A DNA stretch of 64,000 bases, taken from assembly GCA_001823065.1 (NCBI GenBank), contig MHTJ01000003.1, forward strand, positions 181,460 through 245,459. The letters are read 5' to 3'. The first letter of the stretch is position 1. Each line of letters opens with the position of its first letter. Position numbers and translations under genes: made by a program. This stretch comes from Candidatus Vogelbacteria bacterium RIFOXYD1_FULL_44_32 (GTDB taxonomy: Bacteria; Patescibacteriota; Minisyncoccia; Phycocordibacterales; XYD1-FULL-46-19). Of the stretch, positions 7,727 to 17,467 are shown piece after piece. A model generated the notes under the pieces. That model was not told the origin of the DNA. It saw nothing but the letters and a program-made list of their open reading frames with translations, and did not search any database.

Positions 7727-8692
7727 ATGGATGACGAGAAAATAGCCGAAGAAGATAAACTTCTCTACAATCATTCTATTTTTTGGATTGAAATAGATAA
7801 AATAAAACCAAATCCGTATCAACCCCGTCGGGATTTTGATGAGGACCAGCTTCGGAGTTTGGCTGACTCTATCCGCCAATATGGCGTGCTCCAGCCCCTT
7901 GTGGTAACCCGTAAGGAAATAGAGCGAGAGGAAGGTGGTCTCTATACGGAATATGAACTGATTGCGGGGGAACGTCGCCTCAGGGCTTCAAAGATTGCCG
8001 GTTTATTTCAGGTGCCAGCGATTATTCGCACCGGTACCCAAACCGACAAAATGAAATTGGAGTTGGCGATTATTGAAAACCTGCAACGAGAAGATTTAAA
8101 TCCAGTTGACCGAGCCGAGGCGTTTATGAAGCTCGCTAAAGAATTTAATTTAAAGCATACCGAAATTGCCAAGAAAGTGGGGATGAGCCGAGAATATGTG
8201 GCTAACTCGGTGCGCATTCTTGGTCTACCCCAGGAAATGCTTGATGCCCTAACTGGGAAAAAAATAACCGAGGGGCATACTCGACCACTACTCATGTTGA
8301 CCGATCGACCGGCCGAACAAACTACTTTATTTCTCGATATTATGACTCGTCGCTTGACCGTGCGTGAGGCCGAGCAAGCAGCTCGGAGGGTGGCGGTGGA
8401 AAAAGTGCGTAAGCCCGGGACGATGACCGACCCGCAGGTGGTAGCTATGGAGGAAAGATTGTCTAATAAATTTGGAGCAAAAGTCCGTCTTGAAAAAAAG
8501 GAGCAAGGGGGCCGGCTCACTATTTCTTTTTTTGCACCGGAGGATTTGGGAAAAATTCTAGCCCTAATTGAGGGGGAAGTAGATGAGGACAATATGACGA
8601 CGGCAGAACCGACCATACCAGAAATTACTGCCCCAGTGGATGATTCCACCGCTGACGATGAGCTGTATTCAATCCATAATTTTTCACTTTAA
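7727..8692 (+). CDS. parB: ParB/Spo0J-family partition protein
   Basis: ParB N-terminal box GVLQPLVV...YELIAGERRLRA. HTH KHTEIAKKVGMSREYVANSVRILGLP. Acidic C-terminal tail. Confidence 0.85.
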   Translation: MDDEKIAEEDKLLYNHSIFWIEIDKIKPNPYQPRRDFDEDQLRSLADSIRQYGVLQPLVVTRKEIEREEGGLYTEYELIAGERRLRASKIAGLFQVPAIIRTGTQTDKMKLELAIIENLQREDLNPVDRAEAFMKLAKEFNLKHTEIAKKVGMSREYVANSVRILGLPQEMLDALTGKKITEGHTRPLLMLTDRPAEQTTLFLDIMTRRLTVREAEQAARRVAVEKVRKPGTMTDPQVVAMEERLSNKFGAKVRLEKKEQGGRLTISFFAPEDLGKILALIEGEVDEDNMTTAEPTIPEITAPVDDSTADDELYSIHNFSL

Positions 8693-8696
8693 GCAG

Positions 8697-8742
8697 AAAA
8701 CCCCTCCCCCGGCTCGCTACGCGAGCCGGGGGAGGGTTTTTG
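8697..8742. terminator. Bidirectional terminator between parB (+) and rel (-)
   Basis: AAAACCCCTCCCCCGGCTCGC-tac-GCGAGCCGGGGGAGGGTTTTTGG. Confidence 0.85.
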
Positions 8743-8744
8743 GT

Positions 8745-10196
8745 TTATTTCTGCAAAAACTGTCGGATATGTCTTTTAGCCATGGTGGTTTTGGCGAAGT
8801 CTAACCATTTTAAACTTGGTTTGGCGATCTTTTTTACCTCAATTTCTACAACATCCTTATTATTTATAATAGTGTCCAAACTGGAAAATTTACCATTAAT
8901 ACGCGAGCCAGCCGCGTGATTGCCAATATCTGAGTGAATAGCGTAGGCAAAGTCGATGACAGTGGCGCCAACTGGCAACTCGATCACATCACCTTTGGGG
9001 GTAAAGGTAAAAATTTGGTCGTGGAAGAAATCAGTTTTTAAGGTGGTTAAAAATTCCTCTGACCCTTGGGTATTTTTTTGCCACTCAATCAAATTTTTTA
9101 TCCAATCAATTTTAGTATTCATTCTGCCCCCTTCCTTGGGCTTGCCAGTTTCGCTATAGACGATATGTGAAGCAATACCATATTGGGCTTCCTCGTGCAT
9201 GGCCGTGGTGCGGATCTGCACCTCCACAATTTGACCGTCAGGGGTAAAAATATCGGTATGGATACTCTGATAGCCATTGGGTTTTTCGTGAGCAATATAG
9301 TCGTTTAAGCGCCCGGGAACCGGTCGGTATAAACCATGGATAATACCCAGGGTTTGATAGCAGATAGGCACCGTGTCCACAATAATCCGGAGGGCGAGGA
9401 TATCGTAAATCCGATCAATATCCATATTATTTTTTTGCAGTTTTTTGTATAGTCCGTACAAATATTTAATTCGATAGTCAATTTGAAAATTAATAATATT
9501 ATGTTCCACTAGAGTTTTTTGAATAGTGCGTGACAATTTTTCAATTCGTTTCAAAGATTCTTTCCCTTTGGTTTTACGAAGTTTTGCAACTCTTTCATAA
9601 GCGCTAGGGTAGACAAAAGGAAAGCTGGCATCTTCTAATGTGCCTTTGAGGCGCCAAATACCAAGTCGATTGGCGATGGGTGCGTAGATATCGATAGTCT
9701 CCCGAGCTATCCGCTCTCGTTTGTCGGGGCGGACATATTGCAGGGTGCGCACATTGTGCAGGCGGTCGGCCAGCTTGATAATAATCACGCGAATATCTTC
9801 AGCGGCAGCCACAAACAATTTGCGGAGACTTTCGGCGTGGCGCTCGATCCCGCGATATTTTATTTTACCCAATTTGGTTACGCCTTCGACTAAAAACAAA
9901 ATATTAGCGCCAAATTTGGCTTGGATTTCTTCGGCCGTGACTGCGGTGTCCTCAATAGTGTCGTGAAGGAGAGAGGCGACTATCATTTCGGAGCTGGCTT
10001 TCATTTCCGCGAGGATTTTTGCCACTTCAAATGGGTGGGTCACATATGGTTCACCGGAAAAGCGGGTTTGACCCTCGTGGGCTTTGGTGGCAAAAATTAG
10101 GGCATCTGAAATAAGTTTTTTATCATCATCGGTTACTTTTTCCATCAAAGAAAAAATCTCCTTGGGGTCAAGTTGTTTAGTAAAAAAGCCGAACAT
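8745..10196 (-). CDS. rel: Bifunctional (p)ppGpp synthetase/hydrolase, short RelA/SpoT homologue (HD + synthetase + TGS; no ACT region)
   Basis: HD motif HDTIEDT. Synthetase region RIKYLYGLYKKL...YDILALRIIV. TGS FTPKGDVIELPVGATVIDFAYAIHSDIGN. 483 aa. Confidence 0.88.
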   Translation of the reverse strand: MFGFFTKQLDPKEIFSLMEKVTDDDKKLISDALIFATKAHEGQTRFSGEPYVTHPFEVAKILAEMKASSEMIVASLLHDTIEDTAVTAEEIQAKFGANILFLVEGVTKLGKIKYRGIERHAESLRKLFVAAAEDIRVIIIKLADRLHNVRTLQYVRPDKRERIARETIDIYAPIANRLGIWRLKGTLEDASFPFVYPSAYERVAKLRKTKGKESLKRIEKLSRTIQKTLVEHNIINFQIDYRIKYLYGLYKKLQKNNMDIDRIYDILALRIIVDTVPICYQTLGIIHGLYRPVPGRLNDYIAHEKPNGYQSIHTDIFTPDGQIVEVQIRTTAMHEEAQYGIASHIVYSETGKPKEGGRMNTKIDWIKNLIEWQKNTQGSEEFLTTLKTDFFHDQIFTFTPKGDVIELPVGATVIDFAYAIHSDIGNHAAGSRINGKFSSLDTIINNKDVVEIEVKKIAKPSLKWLDFAKTTMAKRHIRQFLQK

Positions 10197-10249
10197 TCCT
10201 ATATGTTAGCAGACGGGTAGCTAAAATAAAAATGCCCATTTGGGCATTT

Positions 10250-12442
10250 TTAGTTATCATTTTTATCTAATTTTTGGAGATTATGATTTGGACAAGTCTT
10301 GTCTGAGCAACGCTCGGGAATGGTCTTGGTCCCAGCCATCATCAGGTGCGGGCAGGGGCCGGTTTCGCGAGCATAGCCACAAATTGCGCCAGTCGGTTTA
10401 GATTTAACAATATGTTTACAATCGGGATAATTGGAACAACCGTAGAAGAGACCAAAGCGCCCGCGTTTTTCCACCATCGTCCCTTTTTTACATAAGGGGC
10501 AACCGACCCCCGTGTCACCGGGTTTCTCGGCATTGGGGTCTTGTTCAATATGTTTACACTTGGGGTAGCTACTGCAGGAAATAAATTTACCAAACCTTCC
10601 CTCGCGCTCAACCAGGTTGGCCTTACCACATTTGGGGCATATTCGGCCAGTGTCTTTTGGCCCGGCTTGCACTTTACCTTCCATTGTGCGAGCCCCATTA
10701 CAAGCAGGGAAATTATTACAACTGTAAAATTTACCACCCTTGCCCAGCTTGATAATCATTGGTTTGTCACAAAGAGGGCATTTAATATCTTGGGGGGCTT
10801 CACCGAGGTTGCTAATTTTCTCAATATTCTTTTTAGACTTGATTGCTTTTGTAAATGGGCCATAAAAATCCTGCATGGTTTTAGTGTAAGACCTTTTACC
10901 GCTGGCAATCTCATCAAGCTCATCTTCCATCTCGGCGGTAAAAGTGTCGCTCACATAATCGGCAAAATGTTCGGTGATAAAGTCGGACACCAAGACGCCA
11001 ATGTCGGTTGGCTTGAGCGAGCGGGCCTCTTTCTCGACATAACCACGGTCAATAATCGTTTTAATCGTTGGAGCGTAAGTACTAGGCCGACCAATACCCC
11101 TTTTTTCTAATTCTTTCACTAGACCAGCTTCGGAATAGCGTGGTGGTGGTAAAGTGGTTTTACCCTCGCTATTGATAGAAATTAACTCCAATTTTTCGTT
11201 CGCTTTTAATTTAGGTAAATCGACATCCTCACCGCGTGCGCGGGGGTCGGCCAAGAGCCAGCCAGAATAGAGAACTTGAGAACCATTGGCCAAAAAATCT
11301 GGCACTGATTTATCGGCACAGACGGCGGTGACCTTGGTGCGTAAAATATTGGCGGGGGCCATTTGGCTCGCGACTGTCCTTTCCCAAATCAATTTGTACA
11401 ATCTTTTTTCCTGGTCACTAAACCCCGCTGATTTGGTGGTAACGTGGGTGGGACGGATGGCTTCGTGGGCTTCCTGGGCGTTTTTAGATTTCTTGCTGTA
11501 AATATTAGCGGAAAAATGTTCAGCGCCAAATTCGCGACTGACGATAGATTTGATTTCTGCCTGGGCTTGTTGCGAGAGGTTGGTACTGTCGGTCCGCATA
11601 TAGGTGATGAAACCTTTTTCATAAAGTTTTTGAGCGAGGCGCATGGTCACACTTGGCGAGTAGCCGAGTCGGCTAGAGGCTGTCTGTTGTAAAGTGGAAG
11701 TAGTAAAAGGGGCGCGCGGGTTTCTCTTTGCTTCAGTCTCGCTAATATCTTTTATTTTCCAAGCTTCCTGTTTAGCTTTTTTGGTAATAGTATTGGCCTC
11801 GGCTTCAGTTTTGGGTTCTAGACTGCAGGTAAAGGGAATACTGGTACCACTGGCCGTTTTCATTTCGGCGGTGATAACCCAAAATTGCTCAGGGATAAAC
11901 GCTTCAATTTCTTTTTCCCGTTCCACTAGGATGCGGAGCGCGGGTGATTGGACTCGGCCAGCGGACAAACCATAGCGGAGTTTAGTCCAAATTAGGCCAG
12001 ACAAATCATAGCCAAAAAGCCGGTCAAGCACTCGGCGAGCTTCTTGGGCCTGGCGCAAATCATCATCTATTTGACGGGGATGTTTGATTGCTTCTTGCAC
12101 TGCTTCGGGCGTGATTTCGTGAAAGACAATTCGCTTTGGTTTTTTGAGGCCCAACGCTTCTTTAATATGCCAAGCAATGGCTTCACCTTCGCGGTCGGGG
12201 TCAGTGGCAAGGACTACCTCTTCGGCTTTTTTGGCGAGGGATTTTAGATCAGCGACCACTTTATATTTATCTTTCGAAATTTCGTAGCGGGGAATAAAAC
12301 CACCTTCGATATCGATGGCGTTTTTGTTGGATTTTGGTAAATCACGGATATGACCAACCGAGGCGCGTACAGTGTAGGCACCGTCTAAATATTTAGAAAT
12401 AGTTTTAGCTTTAGCGGGTGATTCAACAATCAGTAATTTCAT
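10250..12442 (-). CDS. topA: DNA topoisomerase I with C-terminal zinc ribbons
   Basis: Toprim start MKLLIVESPAKAKTISKYLG...VGHIRDLP. Active-site region and repeated C4 ribbons at the C-terminus. The terminator hairpin AAAAATGCCCATTTGGGCATTTTT at 10231-10254 follows the stop. Confidence 0.95.
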   Translation of the reverse strand: MKLLIVESPAKAKTISKYLDGAYTVRASVGHIRDLPKSNKNAIDIEGGFIPRYEISKDKYKVVADLKSLAKKAEEVVLATDPDREGEAIAWHIKEALGLKKPKRIVFHEITPEAVQEAIKHPRQIDDDLRQAQEARRVLDRLFGYDLSGLIWTKLRYGLSAGRVQSPALRILVEREKEIEAFIPEQFWVITAEMKTASGTSIPFTCSLEPKTEAEANTITKKAKQEAWKIKDISETEAKRNPRAPFTTSTLQQTASSRLGYSPSVTMRLAQKLYEKGFITYMRTDSTNLSQQAQAEIKSIVSREFGAEHFSANIYSKKSKNAQEAHEAIRPTHVTTKSAGFSDQEKRLYKLIWERTVASQMAPANILRTKVTAVCADKSVPDFLANGSQVLYSGWLLADPRARGEDVDLPKLKANEKLELISINSEGKTTLPPPRYSEAGLVKELEKRGIGRPSTYAPTIKTIIDRGYVEKEARSLKPTDIGVLVSDFITEHFADYVSDTFTAEMEDELDEIASGKRSYTKTMQDFYGPFTKAIKSKKNIEKISNLGEAPQDIKCPLCDKPMIIKLGKGGKFYSCNNFPACNGARTMEGKVQAGPKDTGRICPKCGKANLVEREGRFGKFISCSSYPKCKHIEQDPNAEKPGDTGVGCPLCKKGTMVEKRGRFGLFYGCSNYPDCKHIVKSKPTGAICGYARETGPCPHLMMAGTKTIPERCSDKTCPNHNLQKLDKNDN

Positions 12443-12509
12443 GTTTCGTTACTTTACCATAAATAAGGAGTAATAAGTAGTAACAGAAGTTGGCCAACTT
12501 AGCAACCGA

Positions 12510-13379
12510 TTATCTGGTTAATCTAAATTCACCGCCAGTTTCTTCAATTAAACCTTTTATTTCTAACAGGGATAGTGCCATACTGGCTTCCGTAGCCGAA
12601 AGTTTGGCTTCGATAATAATATCTTCGCGGGCTAGAGGTTCGGTCATTAATAATTCGTAAATTAGTTTTTCGGTTGGTGAAAAATTGGTAGTGACACTGG
12701 GGGCTTCGCTCGGCGTGATGCGTTTTATTTCGAGCGCGTCTAAAATATCCTCGCTGGTAGTCACCGGGCGAGCGCCGTCTTTTAATAGATTTAAAGTACC
12801 GGTTGAGCCATCGTTGAATATGGGGCCAGGTACAACTAAGACCTCGCGGTTGTAGTCGAGAGCTAGCCGAGCGGTGATTAGGGTACCAGACTTGGCGGTG
12901 GCCTCGACAATAAGCGTGGCTGGGCTCATACCCGCCATTAGGCGGTTTCTTTGGGGAAAACTATAAGGAGTAGCTCGAAAGTCACACTCAAATTCAGACA
13001 AAAGACAACCACCACTGGCGACAATTTTTTCTGCTAGGCCACGATTGGATGGAGGATAAAGCACTTCGGGGCCGAGGCCCGACCCGGGTACCGCGATTGT
13101 CGGCAAACCAGCTTCCAGGGCCGCTTGGTGAGCGATACTGTCTATCCCGAGAGCAAGCCCCGAGACAATAGCGACTGGGTAGCTGGCGAGGCCGTGAATA
13201 AGTTCCCGGCAAGCGTCCTTACCGTAGTGGGAATATTTGCGTGAGCCAACAACGGAAAAATAAATATATTTTTCTGGGTCAGGTAAATTGCCGACAATAT
13301 AAAGTTTGTTGGGACCGTCAGGAATTTCGGCCAGAAGGGGTGGCCAATTTTTTTTAGCCAATGATTTTATTTCATACAT
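12510..13379 (-). CDS. dprA: DNA processing protein DprA (Smf)
   Basis: Rossmann-like DprA core VVGSRKYSHYG...SGLALGIDSIAHQAALEAGLPTIAVPGSGL, plus a C-terminal winged-helix-like tail. Confidence 0.85.
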   Translation of the reverse strand: MYEIKSLAKKNWPPLLAEIPDGPNKLYIVGNLPDPEKYIYFSVVGSRKYSHYGKDACRELIHGLASYPVAIVSGLALGIDSIAHQAALEAGLPTIAVPGSGLGPEVLYPPSNRGLAEKIVASGGCLLSEFECDFRATPYSFPQRNRLMAGMSPATLIVEATAKSGTLITARLALDYNREVLVVPGPIFNDGSTGTLNLLKDGARPVTTSEDILDALEIKRITPSEAPSVTTNFSPTEKLIYELLMTEPLAREDIIIEAKLSATEASMALSLLEIKGLIEETGGEFRLTR

Positions 13380-13442
13380 TATTTATCTATTGTACCAAAA
13401 GATTATTTAATGTATGAATATTTAGAGAAAGGAGGGCTCAAT

Positions 13443-13643
13443 ATGCCAAGACGACCATTGGTCAAGCCCCAGTCGAGACGAGACTTGCAACTCTTTGACC
13501 GCGAAGCGAAAGGAATAAAAACAGTGGTCACCAAGGACAGCCAGGCGGATATTTTTCGTCTCCATGATTACCCCTTGGCCAAACTGGCGGTGGACGATGA
13601 GCTGGTAGGGGAGAAAAACCTACTAAATCAACAACAAGGCTGA
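13443..13643 (+). CDS. Small hypothetical protein (66 aa)
   Basis: AAAGGAGGG RBS before the ATG at 13443. Followed by a hairpin and T-run at about 13690-13735. Confidence 0.4.
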   Translation: MPRRPLVKPQSRRDLQLFDREAKGIKTVVTKDSQADIFRLHDYPLAKLAVDDELVGEKNLLNQQQG

Positions 13644-13764
13644 GTAAATACTCAAGCCCTTGGGACAAGTTTTGATGGCGATGGTGGTGGAGCCGGAAGC
13701 GCCCAGTGGTGCTTTCGGCTTTGTTTTTTTAGTCGTTTTTGCTATTCTATAGCTAACAAAACAT

Positions 13765-15033
13765 ATGCTTGATATAAAATTTATCCGGGAAAACAAGGAT
13801 CTAGTGCAAGATGGTGCTCGCAAAAAACGAGTAGATATAAATATTGAAGAAATAATTACTTTAGACGACAGACGCCTAGTGCTTTTGCGAGAAGTTGAGG
13901 ATAAGCGAAGCCAACAAAACGAGGCTAGCACCAAAATAACTAGTACCACTGATGTGGTAGTGCGTGAGCAACTAATTGGTGAAATGAAGGCTGTTAAGAC
14001 ATCTATGCAAATTAAGGAAGAGGAATTAAAAGGAGTTATTAAGGAGTGGCAAATGTTAATGTTGCGAGTACCTAATATACCTGACATGTCGGTGCCAGCT
14101 GGCGAGAGTGAGGAAAATAATGTTACCGCTAAAGAGTGGGGACAAAAGCCCCAGTTTGATTTTGAACCGAAAGATCATGTCGAGCTAATGGTTAAAAATG
14201 GGATGGTTGATTTTGAGCGGGGGGTCAAGGCCCATGGTTTTCGTGGCTATTTTTTAAAAGGAGACGGTGCTCGCTTGTCTTGGGCAATATGGAATTTTGC
14301 GCGAGAGTTTTTTGAAGCCAAAAATTTTGAACCATTTATTGCGCCAGCCATATTAAAGAAAGAACATTTTTTTGGTACCGGTCATTTACCTGGTGATGCT
14401 GAAGATTTGTTTAAAACGCAGGACGATGACTATTTGTCTGGGACAGCGGAGGTGGCTATGATGGCTTATCATGCTGATGAAATATTAAAAAAGGAAGAAT
14501 TACCTAAACGTTACTTGGCTTTTTCTCCCTGTTATCGGCGTGAAGCCGGTAGTCATGGTAAAGATACTCGGGGCCTGATTAGGGTTCATGAGTTTTATAA
14601 GCTTGAACAGTTAGTATTATGTGAAGCTAGTCATGAAATGTCGGTGGCTATTCATGAAGAATTAACTAGAAATAATGAGGAATTTATCGAAGCATTAGGC
14701 CTACCTTACCGGCGGCTAACGATTTGTACTGGTGACCTAAAGGGGGCACATGTAAAATCATATGACACGGAATTATGGGTGCCATTGGAAAATAAATATC
14801 GTGAGATTGCTAGTTCTTCTTATTACCACGATTTTCAAACCAGGAGGTTTAATACTCGTTATGATGACAATGGCCAAAAGCGTTATGTGCATTCTCTTAA
14901 TGCTACCGCTATACCAACGCCAAGAATTCTTGTTTCTCTGGTTGAAAATTATCAGCAGGCCGATGGTTCAATAAAAGTACCACTAGCTTTGCAGCCTTAT
15001 GTCGGTCAAGAAATTATCCGTTCGAATAAATAA
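13765..15033 (+). CDS. serS: Seryl-tRNA synthetase
   Basis: MLDIKFIRENKDLV start, N-terminal coiled coil, class II motifs (FRRE-like YRREAGSHGKDTRGLIRVHEF), 422 aa. Confidence 0.95.
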   Translation: MLDIKFIRENKDLVQDGARKKRVDINIEEIITLDDRRLVLLREVEDKRSQQNEASTKITSTTDVVVREQLIGEMKAVKTSMQIKEEELKGVIKEWQMLMLRVPNIPDMSVPAGESEENNVTAKEWGQKPQFDFEPKDHVELMVKNGMVDFERGVKAHGFRGYFLKGDGARLSWAIWNFAREFFEAKNFEPFIAPAILKKEHFFGTGHLPGDAEDLFKTQDDDYLSGTAEVAMMAYHADEILKKEELPKRYLAFSPCYRREAGSHGKDTRGLIRVHEFYKLEQLVLCEASHEMSVAIHEELTRNNEEFIEALGLPYRRLTICTGDLKGAHVKSYDTELWVPLENKYREIASSSYYHDFQTRRFNTRYDDNGQKRYVHSLNATAIPTPRILVSLVENYQQADGSIKVPLALQPYVGQEIIRSNK

Positions 15034-15910
15034 AGAGCCAGCGCAGAAACCCGCCCCTCACGCGCGGGACGATTTGCGACGGCAAAAAGTGGCCGCGACT
15101 CGTCGGGCTCGTCGGGTGCGGGGCAAGATTTTGGCTGGCTTTCTGATTCTGTCTATCGCCGCGCTGGTGTGGCTTATGAGGCACCCTAGTCTACAAATCA
15201 AAGAGATAATAATAACTGGCAACCAAAAAGTTGAGACTACTGACATTAGGCGGGCGGTCGAAGCCAATTTAACTGGGAGCTATTTTTATATTTTCCCCAA
15301 AAATAATTTTTTACTTTATCCGCAAGCGGAAATTAGACGGCAGATTTCCCGGATATCGGGCTATATTTATGATGCCGATATTGGGGTGAGTAATTTTCAT
15401 ACTTTAAATATAAAAATTTCCGAACGGCAGGCTAAATATATTTGGTGTGGTGACTCAGCTTCAACTTCTAGTTGCTATTTGGCGGATCAAACCGGCTTGA
15501 TATTTTCCTCCGCCCCGGGGATTTCTAAGAACATTATGTTTACTATTTATAGCCCATTGCCTACCAATCCCCAAGGGAAAAAACCGCTGACGACCGCTGG
15601 CTTTGCTAAGTTAGACGAAGCCGTGGGAGCACTGCCGGCGATTTTAGATTTTGTTGGGCTCAAGCGCTCGGATGTGGGGGCGGTGCGAGTGTCGGGAGAC
15701 AATGACTATTTCTTTATTATTGAAGATATTGCTAGTCGTGGACCCGAAGAGTGGGAATTACGTTTTAAAGCCGAAAGCCAGTTGTCGGCGATTGCCTCCT
15801 ATTTAAAAGCTTTGTGGCAGTCGGCTGAGTTTCAGGCTGAGCGGTCCAACTCGGCTTTAGATTATGTTGATTTGCGATTTGGTAAAAAGGTTTACTATAA
15901 ATTTGATTAG
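14999..15910 (+). CDS. FtsQ/DivIB-like cell-division protein (TM + POTRA)
   Basis: Basic N-terminus, one TM (ILAGFLILSIAALVWLM), then a POTRA-like LQIKEIIITGNQKVETTDIRRAV. It sits in the serS to amidase cell-wall context. The start may be downstream of the listed one. Confidence 0.55.
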   Translation: MSVKKLSVRINKEPAQKPAPHARDDLRRQKVAATRRARRVRGKILAGFLILSIAALVWLMRHPSLQIKEIIITGNQKVETTDIRRAVEANLTGSYFYIFPKNNFLLYPQAEIRRQISRISGYIYDADIGVSNFHTLNIKISERQAKYIWCGDSASTSSCYLADQTGLIFSSAPGISKNIMFTIYSPLPTNPQGKKPLTTAGFAKLDEAVGALPAILDFVGLKRSDVGAVRVSGDNDYFFIIEDIASRGPEEWELRFKAESQLSAIASYLKALWQSAEFQAERSNSALDYVDLRFGKKVYYKFD

Positions 15911-15913
15911 TTT

Positions 15914-16852
15914 ATGTTTGGTTACTTCGCCACGGCCGGCAAAATTTTAGCAACCACTGTGGTTGTGTTTTTGGTCGCATTGGCTTGGCAACCAAGAGAA
16001 TTACCTGATACAGCCGAAATAAAATTAGCGTCAACAAATACTGTGCCAGTCGTGGCTGAAAAGGTGTCCTCTGAATATTCGGTGTTGGTTGAACCAATCA
16101 CGATTCTTTTAGTACCTGGGCATGACTTGTATTCAAGTGGGGCGGAATTTAAAGGGGTGAAAGAAGAAACCTTGACGAGGCAACTAGCGGAAAAAATTGA
16201 CGACTTGCTGACTACTGATGGGCGGTTTCAGGTGATACGGGTGAGAGATTATAATAGTGGTGAATATACCGAGGAGTTTGCTGTCTATTTTTCTGGGGCG
16301 GAAACTCAAATTAAACGTTTTCGTCAAACGGCCCGAGAGACGATGAAAAATTTGTTGGGCACCGGGAAAATTGAAAAAATAAACAATGGTATAGAACACA
16401 ACTATGCCAGAGATGATGTGTCGTTTCGTCTTTATGGTCTAAACAAGTGGGGTAATGACCATGAGGTAGATTTATCACTACATTTACATTTCAACGATTA
16501 TCCCCGTAAAAATTTAGGTTCGCCGGGTAAATACAAAGGTTTTGCGATGTATATTCCCGAAAGGCAATTGGCTAATGGGGCTACTAGCCGGGCCCTAGCG
16601 GAAGATATTTATGATCGTTTGCAGTGGGTGAGTGCGACTAGTACTTTTCCGTTAGAAGCGGAGACTATTATTGAAACTCAAGATTTGATTGCCACTGGCT
16701 CTTATAATTCGCAAACCCAACCGGCGATGCTGGTGGAATATGGTTATATTTATGAACCAAGAATATATTTGGATAATAAAAGAATGCAGACACTCGATGT
16801 TTTAGCTGAGGCCACCTATCGGGGGATTGTGCGGTATTTTTTTGGGCGGTAG
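15914..16852 (+). CDS. N-acetylmuramoyl-L-alanine amidase (Amidase_3-like)
   Basis: N-terminal TM. LLVPGHDLYSSGAEF and DLSLHLHFND resemble the metal-binding motifs of the AmiC/CwlD family. Confidence 0.55.
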   Translation: MFGYFATAGKILATTVVVFLVALAWQPRELPDTAEIKLASTNTVPVVAEKVSSEYSVLVEPITILLVPGHDLYSSGAEFKGVKEETLTRQLAEKIDDLLTTDGRFQVIRVRDYNSGEYTEEFAVYFSGAETQIKRFRQTARETMKNLLGTGKIEKINNGIEHNYARDDVSFRLYGLNKWGNDHEVDLSLHLHFNDYPRKNLGSPGKYKGFAMYIPERQLANGATSRALAEDIYDRLQWVSATSTFPLEAETIIETQDLIATGSYNSQTQPAMLVEYGYIYEPRIYLDNKRMQTLDVLAEATYRGIVRYFFGR

Positions 16853-16863
16853 TTTAAATATAA

Positions 16864-16907
16864 AAAGAAAGCTCCGGTTCGCGTTTACGCGAACCGGAGC
16901 CAAAACC
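16864..16907. terminator. Bidirectional terminator between the amidase gene (+) and a GC-rich ORF (-)
   Basis: AAAGCTCCGGTTCGCG-ttta-CGCGAACCGGAGC flanked by A/T runs. Confidence 0.75.
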
Positions 16908-16920
16908 AGTCGGGTGAGAA

Positions 16921-17358
16921 TCAATTTCGCCGGGCCACATCGTTAGCCAGGTGCTCGGCGTAGTCGATGAAAGATTGTGCTACCCACATCAGGTAGTAAG
17001 TCCTAATGGCTCGGCAGACGCCCATCAGGTGCTTCCACCCCAGCTCCCAGGAAGCCCCAATTTCCTTGGGCTCAATAGGGAAAGTCTTTTCCGGAAAAAG
17101 GGGATTGTCGCCAACAGCAACGAGCAGCTGGTTCCTTTCCGGAACATACATAATGTGAGTGTAGTACCGGTCTCGACGGATGTCGGCGGGGAAAATCCGA
17201 TATCCATCCATATCATTGACCACGACCGGCATGGCAAGAGCAAAGCCATTGTTGGCACGCATGGCTTCGTGCTCGGGTGTGATATGTTCTGTCTCCTCCG
17301 GTTGGATGGTGAAGCTTTTCACGTCCACCAAAAGGTTTGGTCTCCCGTCAATAAACAT
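16921..17358 (-). CDS. Hypothetical protein, GC-rich orphan (145 aa)
   Basis: GGGAGGAAAAAGG RBS before the ATG. About 53% GC, above the local average. No family recognised. Confidence 0.5.
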   Translation of the reverse strand: MFIDGRPNLLVDVKSFTIQPEETEHITPEHEAMRANNGFALAMPVVVNDMDGYRIFPADIRRDRYYTHIMYVPERNQLLVAVGDNPLFPEKTFPIEPKEIGASWELGWKHLMGVCRAIRTYYLMWVAQSFIDYAEHLANDVARRN

Positions 17359-17467
17359 CCTTTTTCCTCCCGTGTTGTTGATTCACTCTGAGTACTATTA
17401 TATCACAGGTCCCGTAAAAGTCAAACGCAACCTGGCAAATATCGCAATTTTCCGTTAAGCTTTACCG

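Noticed and set aside
12994-13212. 72-aa minus-strand ORF (Arg/Pro-rich) within dprA
   Set aside because: It is an alternative frame of a conserved CDS. Composition bias from the GC-rich codon third positions.
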